From assembly GCA_963575745.1 (NCBI GenBank), contig CAUYUJ010000159.1:620001-667232 (forward strand): a stretch of DNA of 47,232 nucleotides, in the 5' to 3' direction. This stretch comes from Prorocentrum cordatum (taxonomy: Eukaryota). The notes under the pieces are model-generated. The model did no database searches, was not told where the DNA came from, and was given only the letters and a program-made list of their open reading frames with translations. Made by a program: the position numbers and the translations under genes. This document shows positions 1 to 10,013 of this stretch, piece by piece; positions within the stretch are counted from its first letter, which is position 1; each line of letters begins with the position of its first letter.

Positions 1-198
1 TCGGAGTGAACACCTCACCTCAGGGCGTCTCGGAACCCAGAAATGCGAGCGTGTCTCAAGCGAAAGTGCCCGGACCACCGTGGGGCAGGGCACCTCCGCG
101 GTCAGAGTGTCGAGGATGTCTCAGGCGAAAGTGGTCTGACCAACTCAGGTCAGAACGTCTCGGAACCCAGAATTCTGAGGATGTCTCAGGCGAACCGG
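1..198. repeat. 64-bp tandem repeat, about 3 units; same family as 29290-30682
   Basis: GAG(G/C)(A/G)TGTCTCA(G/A)GCGAA recurs near 47, 112 and 177, with CTCGGAACCCAGA between copies. Confidence 0.85.
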
Positions 199-780
199 GC
201 CTCCTCCTGCGCTTCCTCCTCCTCCTCCTCCTCCTCCTCCTCCTCCTCCTCCTGCTCTTCCTCCTCCTGCTCCTCGTCCTCCTGCTCCTCCTCTTCTGCC
301 TGGATGCTGCGCCGGTTGCGAACGCCTGCTCCTCCACGAAATTAGTCCTCATCCGCCTCCCCTTGCCCATGTCCCTCCCCGCCTCCTCGCTCTTTCTCTC
401 CTCCTCCTCCTCCTCCTCCTCCTCCTCCTCCTCCTCCTCCTCCTCCTCGTCGTCCTAATCCCCCCCTGTCCTGTCTTCATCCTCCCACTCCTCCTCCCTC
501 CTCCTCCTCCGCTGGCCGAGCCGGGCCGGGCCGGGCCGAGCCGAGCCGGCGGAGGAATAGTCTGATTATGGAAGGGAGGGGGAAGAGAACGAGCAGGAGG
601 AGGAGGAGGAGGAGGAGGAGGAGGACATGGATGAGGTGCTTTTTCGAACGGCCGAAACGGTCCTCCTGGTCCCCTCCACCTCCTACTCCTTCTGGCTCTA
701 CCCTCGGCTCGGATTGCGCTGGACGCCTGCCCGACGTTCACTCCTCCTCCTTCTCCTCCTCCTCATCCTCCCTCCTCCTT
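199..780. repeat. (CCT)n/(GGA)n microsatellite cluster
   Basis: Long CCT runs at about 215-450 and 742-780; GGA run at about 595-625. Confidence 0.95.
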
Positions 781-868
781 CCCGGGTGCCCGGGGGATGC
801 CCGGATGCCCCGGTGCCGGGGTGCCTGCAGTGCCCGGGTGCCCAGGTGCCCCGGTGCCCGGGTGCCCG
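781..868. repeat. ~8-bp GGTGCCC(C/G) minisatellite
   Basis: About 10 degenerate GGTGCCC units, followed by a 13-bp tandem duplication GGGTCTTCCGTGC at 874-899. Confidence 0.85.
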
Positions 869-904
869 ACAGGGGGTCTTCCGTGCGGGTCTTCCGTGCG
901 GCGA

Positions 905-2994
905 CAGTGCTCTCGCTGTTGAAGGATGCGAATCCAAGGGCGCAGTTGTACGACCGAATGTGCTGCATGAAGTGGTCGTGGGAAGGACCCGGACGAAGGA
1001 GCTGAGCCATTTCGGCCGGAGCGGGAGGCAGTAGGGGGATGCCAGCCAGGGCTCCGTACCTGCAGCACGCGCCGAAGTCCTTTCTGCGTGCTGCCGGGCA
1101 ACGCGCGCGTTCGGCGAAGAAGTGCAAAGCCCCGCACGTTGCGCAGGCTCCTTGGAAGTGGCCGGTCGGAGAGAGCGACGCTTTCGGAACGCGGTTGCTG
1201 CACCATTCGTCTGTCGACCACCAGCCGGCGCGGTGGCCGGTGCGTACGCCAAGAGAAGTCCCAGGCACGGGTTCTGCGAACCAGTTCCGATGCGCTGCGC
1301 AGGCGGGCGGACAGCTGGACGAGTTCGGAAATGCTACGCGGGTGGACTTGAGGCGACACCACGGCACGGAACATTTCGGCGAGTCACGCGCTCGGAGGTA
1401 CATGCGGACGGCTGCCGCCACCTGCTTGCGGAGTGCTTGCAACGGATCACTACGTGGACGGGCGTGGGACACCAGAAGACCCCGACGTCAGAGGATGATG
1501 GGGCCCGGCGGCGGCGGTGGCTACCGCGGCATGTCGGACGTGGTCGGGGCAGTATCCGGTGGCGTACATTGCTTTCGTCAACTTTCTGTCGCACAATGGG
1601 AGGGAACATGTGGGTTTAAAGCAACGTTCGCACATGCCGCTGTTGCGCGGCACTGCGCGTCGCGCGCCATGGCGGGCGGGGGCGCGGCAGCCGGCCTTTC
1701 CGGGCCCCTGGCAAGGGGGCCCCGCGAGGCAACAGTGCCTACATTCCACCACGGTGCCGAGAGGGCCCACGAGAAAAGCGCACCCAATGGCACGATTGCT
1801 ACATGGCTTCCGTTTCCGAATGCGCGCGATGCAGAGGCCGTCGGACGACTTCCGTTGAGCTACACCGTTGCACCCAGACGAGCTACAAGGGCGTTCAGCT
1901 TGCTCGTAGGATCGTTTGGGAGGGGATGGTAGTGGTTGTGGTGTGGACAGCCCACACGTTCGACACAGGCCTGCTGAACCAGGGGTGGAACGGCCGTCGC
2001 ACCTACGCGTCGCGCTTGGGAAACAGGACGAAATGCAAAGACAGCACAAAGTGTCCTCTCGCGACTCGACTACGTTCATACACGCGGGCGTGCGGCAGAA
2101 GTGGAGCAGGGCGGGCGGTTGGCAGACGAGGCAATGCTGTCCGTGTTGTCGAGGAACGCGGAAGTTGCAGGTGGCCGTGGCGCAAGGAAAGACCCCGACG
2201 ATGCATATGGGGCATTGCGCGCCCGTTCGAGATGTGCTTTCTTACACCGCTGGCGCCCCGCACTTCGGAGTGCTACATCGCGAGGGCGTAGATGCAAGCG
2301 CCGTCGAAGACTGCGCTGGAGCGGCTAGGGAAGGGCTGGCGGCTGGGCTGGCTCCGCCACAGTGAGCGCACAAATCTGGAGTTCCGGGCGCTCCTCGGCG
2401 CGAAAAGCACACTGTGCACGGTCGACGTCCGGCTTGGCGTGGGACGCAAGTACTGCGGGCTGCATCGCTCCGTTCCTCCTGGCAGCCAGGCGATGCGCAG
2501 GCGAATTGCCGACCAGGGTTGTAGTGGCAAGAATGGTTGTTTTAATGGTTAACGCATTGCGGAAGCCGGCCTGATGCATTTTTGACCTTTCGCCGGACGT
2601 GGGAAGGACACCCCAGCACCGCGAAGCGACAGGGCAGGGAGCCTTCAGAGCACGGAAAGCACGGGCCAGATGATTTGTTGGTTGCCAGAAGGCGGCAGCC
2701 GACGCGGGCGTTCCTACACAAGTTCCATTCGCGCGTGGTATTGTGGCATGGGTCGGAATAGTGCGTTGCGCAGAAAGTAGGCGTGACATGTGTTTTTGGC
2801 CGTCGGAAGGGTGGAGCTACAGGGGCCTCGCACTGGGGGTGGGAACACCGTGCATCTGCCGAAAGGCACCGCTTGCAAAATCTTTGACGTTCTCGTTTGT
2901 TGGTGCCTTCGACTGGGATCGGAGCTTAGAATCCACTGCAAATTGGATAGTTATGACACGTGTGTCGCGGCCTCTCAGTAACAGCTGAAGCCAT
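905..2994 (-). pseudogene. Decayed Helitron-type Rep/helicase 5' portion with an N-terminal array of about 15 Cys-rich zinc-finger-like modules
   Basis: One frame runs from ATG 2994 to ~1450 with in-frame TAA at 2926-2928, 2542-2544 and 2242-2244. A frameshift at ~1380-1470 leads into ORF 738..1472, which reads CATCGALHFFAE...FGACCRYG...PLLPPAPAEMAQLL...HFMQHIRSYNCALGFASF. This matches the Helitron RepHel N-terminal signature (CxxCxAxxFxxE...CCxxG...HFxxxIRxYNxxxxFxS). No HUH or PIF1 motifs follow within the window. Confidence 0.8.
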
Positions 2995-3356
2995 GACCGC
3001 GAATGCGGAGGTGCAGGGAGCGGCGGCTCGACCCGCGATATGGATGGCAGCCTCCAATGCCGTAGAAGTAAGCAGGAGAATACTGACTGGTGACTGCGGA
3101 GGCAGCAGCATCATGTCTTCAGCCGATATGGGGTACGGGGCCGGTGGAGAAGGACGCGGAAGTGCAACTCGGAGACCTTGTTGGAAGCTCCGGGAACAGC
3201 CTCGGCGCTGACCTGGGCCCCGTCATGGCTCCATGGATGGGCCAATGGTTGTGCACGGAAACGGAAAGAGCGCTGAAGGAACTTGCCCGAGACGGTTCAT
3301 GGCACCCTTCGCTCTTGGGAGCGTAAAAATGTTAAGGGCTGGTTACGTCACTGCTC

Positions 3357-3583
3357 CCCGTCCTCCTTTCCTCCTCGTCCTCCTCCTCCTCCTCCTCATC
3401 ATCATCATCAGCCTCCTCCATGTCCTCCCCGCTCTCTTCAATCTGCCGCTCCTTCTCTTCCTACACCTCGTTCTCGTCCTTCCTCACCTCTAGTCACTCC
3501 CCAGTCCTCCTCATCCTTCGCTCCCCTTCCATCCTTGTCATCAGCATCCTTCGCCATCATTACTTACGCCTCCTCATCATCAT
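3357..3583. repeat. Degenerate (CCT)n/(CAT)n low-complexity tract
   Basis: CCT and CAT triplet runs. Confidence 0.9.
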
Positions 3584-3639
3584 AATGTATGGTGTGGCTC
3601 TCGCGTGGCCATCATTGGGCTGTCTTGGGGCCTCGCATG

Positions 3640-5330
3640 ACCCTCTCGGGGTCAGCTTTTGGAGGCATACTGGAAGTCTCTGGGGCGTATTGGGAGGAGT
3701 TGTTGGGCCTCTTGGGAGCCTCCGGGGAGCCTTTTGAGGGGCGCGTGGGTGGCCTCGGGGGGTTTCTTGCGGCCTCGTGGTGCCCTCTTGGGGTCCGCTG
3801 GGCTCGCTTAGGCAATCTTGAGGCCATGTTCGGGGCCCCGTAAACCCGGACACGCTAAACCCGGACACCCAACATCCCTTGAAACCAATTTTTCCAGACG
3901 GCGGCAGGAACAAAACAAGGCACTGCAGCGCTTCCAGAATAAATCCGGACACAAGCCCGTGAAGCCTGTAGAAACCTCGCTAAACCCGGACACAAACCCG
4001 AATCCTGCAGTGCAGCATACAGAAAATGCACGGGTGCTGAAAAATGTGAATTTGCAGAAGAAGGAGCCGTTTCCTTGGTTTCCCGTGTCCTGGTTTATCT
4101 GTGTCCTGGTCTCTGGGGGCCTGACATGTCGGGGCCCTCCTGGGGCCGTCTTGGGCGACTCCTGCGCCGTCCTGGGGCGCTCTTGGGCCGTCTTGGGACG
4201 CCTTTGGGGGCGTCTTGGGCCGTCTTGGGCCCGGTTTAAGGGTCTCTTGGGCCGTCCTGGGGCTCTCTTGGGGGCCTCTTGGGCCGTCTTGGAGCGTCGG
4301 AAAGCAAAAAAAGCAAGAACGCGAAAAACATCGAAAGAACCAATGACAAATCAGCGTTTGTGGCCTCTTGGGGTTCTCTTGGGAGGCCTCTTGGAGGCCG
4401 CTTGGGGCGTGTTGGTGGCCTGTGGGCTCGTCTGGAGGCCATGCTGGCGCGTGTTGGAGGCTCGCTGGCCTTTTAGGCAGTCGTCAGGCCATGTCGGGGC
4501 CCTCCTGGGGCTGTCTTGAGCGGCTCCTGGGTTGTCTTGGGGCTCACTTGGGCCATCTTGGGACGCCTTTGGGGGCCTCTTGGGCTGTCTTGGGGCCGGC
4601 TCAGGGGCCTCTGGGGCCGTCCTGGGGCTGTCTTGGGTGCCTCTTGGGCCGTCTGGCAGCGTCGGAAAACAGAAAAAGCGATAAGGCAAAACAAATAGAA
4701 AAAAAAAATGATAAATCAACGGTTGTGGCCTCTTGGGGCTCCTTGGGAGGCCTCTTGGAGGCCGCTTGGGGCGTGTTGGTGGCTTCTGGCCTCGTTTGGA
4801 GGCCATGCTGGCGCTTGTTGGAGGTCCGCTGGGCTCGCTTAGGCAGTCTTCAGGCCATGGCGGGGCCCTCCTGGAGCTGTCTTGGGCGGCTCCTGGGCCG
4901 TCCTGGGGGCCTTTTGGGCCGTCTCGGGACGCTTTTGGGGGCTTCTTGTGCCGTCTTGGGGCCGGCTTAGGGGCCTCTTGGGCCGTCCTGGGGCTCTCTT
5001 GGGGGCCTCTTGGGCCGTCTTGGAGCGTCGGAAAGCAGGAAAAAGCGAGAAGACAAAAAACAATGGAAAAACCAGTTAAAACAAAACAGCGTTTTTTGCC
5101 TCTTGGGGCTCTCGTGGGAGGCGTCTTGGAGGCCGCTTGGGGCGTGTTGGTGGCCGCTGGGCTCGTCTGGAAGCCATGCTGGCGCGTGTTGGAGCGTTCG
5201 CGGGCTGTTTTGGCTGGGCTGGAGCCCGCCCTGGCGGTCTCTGGAACCGAACGGGAACCCTTCCGAGCGGCCCTGGGGGCCCTGCACCCCCATGCGCCCC
5301 CGAGGTCCTTGGGCTCGGCCGGGGGACCTC
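3640..5330 (-). repeat. ~365-bp tandem repeat (3-4 units) built from GGGCC(T/G)TCTTGG subrepeats; related to the 190-bp satellite
   Basis: G(G/C)AGCGTCGGAAA recurs near 4291, 4657 and 5022 (spacing ~365). Its core is the reverse complement of the 190-bp monomer core. Confidence 0.85.
3830..4124. mobile_element. 295-bp MITE with imperfect ~40-bp TIRs and a 5-bp TSD (CATGT)
   Basis: Left end TCGGGGCCCCGTAAACCCGGACACGCTAAACCCGGACAC; right end reverse complement TCAGGCCCCCAGAGACCAGGACACAGATAAACCAGGACAC. CATGT at 3825-3829 and 4125-4129. The empty site AGGCCATGTCGGGGCCCTCC is in the next repeat unit (~4486). Confidence 0.9.
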
Positions 5331-5340
5331 GTCCCCCGGG

Positions 5341-5384
5341 ATATATATATATACGTATACATATACATATACATATACACATAC

Positions 5385-5428
<44 letters not shown>

Positions 5429-5470
5429 ATACCTATGCATATGCATATACATAAACATATACATACACAT
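5341..5470. repeat. (TA)n/(TACATA)n microsatellite
   Basis: Read directly. Confidence 0.95.
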
Positions 5471-5630
5471 ATCCTTATTCCTTATTATAATATACTCCTA
5501 CTCCCCCCTCAGGCCGGCAGATAGCGGGCGCATCCGGGTGGTCCCATCCTAACCCGTAAGAAAACAATACATAATCAACATTTTTTTTATTTTTTCCTCT
5601 CGACATGGACGTCCTGTCGTCCACGGCGAT

Positions 5631-6018
5631 AATCCATTGCACAAAATACCACAAAGAGCACACGCGCGCGTTCATGTCAGAATCCTACCGAACACCGTGT
5701 GTTTGCAAGCATTTCAACATAAAAACATCAAAAACCCAATGCTTTTTCACAAAAAATTGTACAAATTTCCCGCCCGGGCTCTCTTGCTGAAATCATAGGA
5801 AAACCATAGGAATCTTAAGAATTCGGTCAAATCCAGCGATTTCACGTCATCGCGCGGTGCACTCGCGATGCTCTGTCATGCACCCAGGCCGCGAATCCTG
5901 TGCAAAAAATACTACAAAGAGCACACTCGCGCGTTCATGTCAGAATCCTACCGAATACCGTGTTTTTGCAAGCATTTCAACATAAAAACATCAAAAACCA
6001 AATGCTTTTTCACAAAAA
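5631..6018. repeat. ~125-bp direct duplication (about 5631-5756 and 5894-6018)
   Basis: ACAAAGAGCACAC.CGCGCGTTCATGTCAGAATCCTACCGAA...GCTTTTTCACAAAAA is present twice. Confidence 0.9.
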
Positions 6019-6298
6019 TGCTTTGGGGTGTCCTGTCAGACCGTCGGGCTTCCTCCGGCCACCTCTGGCTTCCTGCGGTGTACCGGGCCATTCTCGACTC
6101 GTCTGGCAATGCGTGCGCGGCATTCAACACGCGCTCGCCAGTTCCCGTCGGCAACCGCCATCGCGGCCGCATCAGCTGTACCAAACCGGCTGGCCGGTGT
6201 GACTTCGGCCCCCAGTTGTGCCAGCTTTGTTTCTTATGTTGTGGGAGGGCGGGTGGGACTGGGCATGCCATGCTTGACTCGCTCGAGCTGGCTAGCTT

Positions 6299-6348
6299 GA
6301 CACATACACATACACATACACATACACATAGATACATACATACATACA

Positions 6349-6387
<39 letters not shown>

Positions 6388-6865
6388 ATGCATGCATGCA
6401 TGCATACACATATACGTACATACATACACACCTACGTGCCTGCCTACCACCTACCTACCTACGTACGTACGTACGTGCGTACATACATACACACATACAT
6501 ACATTCATGCATGCATACATACATACATACACACATACATACCTGCAAACATACATACATACATTCATGCATGCATGCAGGTATACATACAGAAAGACAT
6601 ACATATACTCATACATACATACATACATACATACATACATACACACACATACATACATACATACATACATACATACATACATACATACATACATACATAC
6701 ATACATACATACATACATACATACATGCACACATGCATGCATGCATGCATGCATGCATACGTACGTACGTACGTACGTACGTACGTACATACATACATAC
6801 ATACATACATGCACGTGTATGTGTATCTTCATATATATATATATATGTATATATACATGTACAAC
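6299..6865. repeat. Compound tetranucleotide microsatellite (TACA/TGCG/TGCA/TACG)n
   Basis: Read directly. Confidence 0.95.
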
Positions 6866-6929
6866 GTATGAATTATAATGCAGAATGGTTTGGAGGGGGG
6901 TAGGCAAAGGTGCCGGCTGCACCTTTGGA

Positions 6930-7634
6930 GCCTCAGGGGGCCCCAAAACGGGCCAAGAGGGCCCCAAAAGGCCCCCCGGACGGTCCAAGAGGGCTACGAG
7001 TCGCCGAAAGATCGCTGCAAGACGCCCAAGATTGCCTCCAGACGGTCCCAGAGGCCTCCAAGACGCCCCAAGAAGTCACCAAGAGGCGTCCCAAGAGGCC
7101 TTCCAGAATCAAACATCGTACCATTCCCTAGGGAAAACGTATAGTCTTAGCACATTCGCCTCTTAAGCTTTCACGAGGCCAACAACCGCCATATAAGCCT
7201 TACAGATCGACCCAAGATAGCCCAAGAGGCCCCCAAGATGGCTCCAAGACGGCCCAGGAAGACGGCCCCAGAAGCGTCCAAAACGGCCCAGGAGGGCCCC
7301 AGGACGGCCCCAAGAGGAGGCCCAGAGGGGGAACAATAATGGACATTTCGATCCCTCGGCCTCGAAAAAACCTGGGGAGGCGAGAGGAGGCCCCCAAGAG
7401 GCTCCCACGAGGCCCCCGAGAGGCCTCAACACGGCTCCCAAGAGGCTTCAAAAGTGCGACCAAGAGAGTCCAGAGAAGCCCAAGAACAGAGCCGCGATCC
7501 GCCAACCGCCCCCGACGAAATCCCAAGAAACTGAAACCCCAAGAGTCCCCAGAGATCGCGCGCGATCCGCAAACTCCGTTTATCCCTCTTGCTGCCGCCC
7601 CAAGGGGTCGGCGGTGCGGCGTCAGCCAATGAAT
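6930..7634 (+). repeat. CCAAGA(G/C)GGCCC-rich dispersed repeat, inverted relative to 3640-5330
   Basis: Many CCCAAGAGGCC units; ends in CGGCGG..GGCGTCAGCCAATGAAT. Confidence 0.75.
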
Positions 7635-7643
7635 CATAATTAA

Positions 7644-7799
7644 TTAGGGGGCCACTTGCGAGCCCTACCCCTACCCCCCACGATTTCTGAGGGGGAGGGT
7701 GGGGTTCACTTAGTTCGGGAGCTCCCGAGCGAAGTGAACCCCACCCTCCCCCTCAGAAATCGTGGGGGGTAGGGGCAGGGCTCGCATGTGGCCCCCTGA
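7644..7799. mobile_element. 156-bp near-perfect palindrome (foldback MITE), probable TAA TSD
   Basis: Symmetric about GAG|CTC at 7721/7722 with only a few mismatches; ends T(T/C)AGGGGGCCAC; TAA at 7641-7643 and 7800-7802. Confidence 0.85.
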
Positions 7800-8580
7800 T
7801 AATGCAAACTATTTGATTATTTCCTCTCCCGGTCCGTTTCTTATTCAAGGAGGGCCCACGTCGACCCTCTGCCGAACGGCCCCGGAAGAACAGTGCGCGC
7901 AGCGGCGGCGATTACATCCCACGCCCAACTTGGCCGAACTACAATGACATGATACTTGCTCGCAAAACCACCCAGGACTTGCGAGAGAAACTCAAGGCAC
8001 GGGCAGACAAGAACACAAGGTGCACCGCCTCCGAATCAAGAGGCGGCCTGAACATCGATAGGGCAAGATAACTCTGAATTCTCGAGGGCAGGGGCTGGGC
8101 CTCGGATTCGACATGGTGAGAGGAATGAGACGGGACCAGGGCCGAACTACCTGTTTGATTGAGGGCATCCCTGGCGAGGATGCCTCCTGCAGCGGCGGAG
8201 GAGAGGAGGATGACGAAAGGAGGAGGAGGAGGAGGAGGAGGAGGAGGAGGAGGAGGAGGAGGAGAAGAAAGGGGAGGAGGAAATGGATGGGGACGACGAT
8301 GAGGAAGGGGAGGAGGAGTACGAGGACGAGGAGCAAGAGGAACTGCGCAATCACAGCTTGAGAGCGAAATAATTTCGAGCACCCAGAAAACTATCGAAAT
8401 AATGTATGCCCGACACGCTAGCGAAGTGTGAAAGGAGTATCGCCTCCAAGGTCCCGACGCGCCAAAAAACACTTGAGTTTCGGTACTTCTTGGTGCTCGA
8501 AATTCCTTTTGGTGAGCACGGCCAAAGTAGGCTGGAACATCATCAAGCTTGAGAGCGATCTGGCTCCACCTGACTACCTA

Positions 8581-8732
8581 CCAGACCACCCCAACCCAAC
8601 CCGAAGACCCGAACTTCGGGCTGGGTGGGGGGTACGGGTTCTATGTGTGCTTTTCAACGAATGTTCCCGGACCTCCCCACACTGGAAATGGAGGGCAAAC
8701 TGAAGCCTTCGGGTTGGGTTGGGGTGGCTTGG
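8581..8732. mobile_element. 152-bp MITE-like element with 26-bp TIRs
   Basis: CCAGACCACCCCAACCCAACCCGAAG (8581-8606) versus reverse complement of 8707-8732, CCAAGCCACCCCAACCCAACCCGAAG; no clear TSD. Confidence 0.7.
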
Positions 8733-9219
8733 AGGGCGGCGACCACCGTGTCCTCCACCCCCCTCCCCACCTGCGGGCCCCAAGAATATACACCACCACC
8801 ACCTCCATTCCCCCTCCCTCCTCTACTTTCCTCTACCCCTCCTCTTTCCTGAGAGTGGCAGGGGGTGAGGGAGGTGGTGGTGGTGGTGGATATTTTTGGC
8901 CCCCGTAGCCACCATGCCTCCCTCCCGCGGGGGTGGAGCAGAAGCTCGGACCCACGCCGAAGGAAGGCGGCACCCGGGTCCAGCTCACAAGGGCCTCTCT
9001 GCACGACGGGGCGCGGTGCCCGTGCTGGCCGCGCCCGGCGGCGCGTCTGGCGCCGACCGTGCGCAGCGACCCCCCCTACAGGCGGATGTTGGACGAAGAG
9101 TAAGGAAGACTCAAAACATATGCAGAAAGAGTCCAAATTAGTCAAAAGAACCTCCACTTACTATTTTTTCGCTATTTCTGAATATTTCTCCGGTAGAGGG
9201 ACAGGCCCGACTTAACACA

Positions 9220-9414
9220 AGGGGAACAAACAATGACATAAACATGAAAACTCGCAGGTCCGTGCGGATTCCTCGGAGCAGCGCTGGACCCCCCGGCGGC
9301 GCCTCCGGCGCCGCCCCTGGCGCGCTCCGCGCGCCATGCAGGGGGGTCCAACGCCGATCCAAGAAATCCGCGCGAAGCTCGGAGTTTTTCGTTTCTGTCT
9401 CTGTTTGGTCCCCT
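9220..9414. mobile_element. ~195-bp foldback element with a T-shaped head (copy 1)
   Basis: Imperfect arms 9220-9284/9351-9414; perfect stem 9285-9294/9341-9350; inner hairpins GGCGGCGCC-TCC-GGCGCCGCC and TGGCGCGC-TCC-GCGCGCCA. Confidence 0.85.
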
Positions 9415-10013
9415 ACCCCCGCGGCAATCTCAGACGAAGCCATCACGAGGACACCTTCGGGGCAAGATACCTCGAGCATCTCTGAGATCTGGCGGCTCTG
9501 GAGGATGCCTCGGGCGCCGCGGCCTTCTCGGAGCGTTCGGGAACGCTCTGAAGACAGGGGGGGAGGAGGAGGAGGAGGAGGAGGAGGAGGAGGAGGAGGA
9601 GGAGGAGGAGGAGGAGGAGGAGGAGGAGGAGGCCGAGACGGAGCGCTCCGGAGCGGACTTCCCCTCGTCCTGGCCCCTCCCGACGAGCGGCAATCCCCGG
9701 CCAAAGCTCGGCGGCGCGCCCATCCGGAGCCCGGGGGCACACAAAGAAATACACACGAAAATCCCAGGGTCCCCCGTGCTTTCTGATATCTTCTGGAGTT
9801 TCGTCTTCCCACCATCCCCCTTCTCATATCTTCCGGGGGATCGACGATGTTTCCTCCTGGGGGGAAGGTGGAGGAGCCGGAGTCTCTTGGAGGGGGAGAG
9901 GACGGGGACCACGACCAAGGCCGAGCACAGAAACGCAGTGCCGATCTTGGTCACTGTCGATCCTGGGCAGCGCCAACTCGTGCATGGGTCCCGTGTCCTT
10001 CAGTCGATACATG

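Noticed and set aside
2242..2928. Genetic-code reassignment of TAA
   Set aside because: The same element has a frameshift, TAA ends the RNase H ORF at a plausible position, and the LINE has TAG and TGA stops, so ordinary decay suffices
5868..6988. His/Thr/Tyr/Ile-rich ORFs
   Set aside because: They are translations of (TACA)n microsatellites
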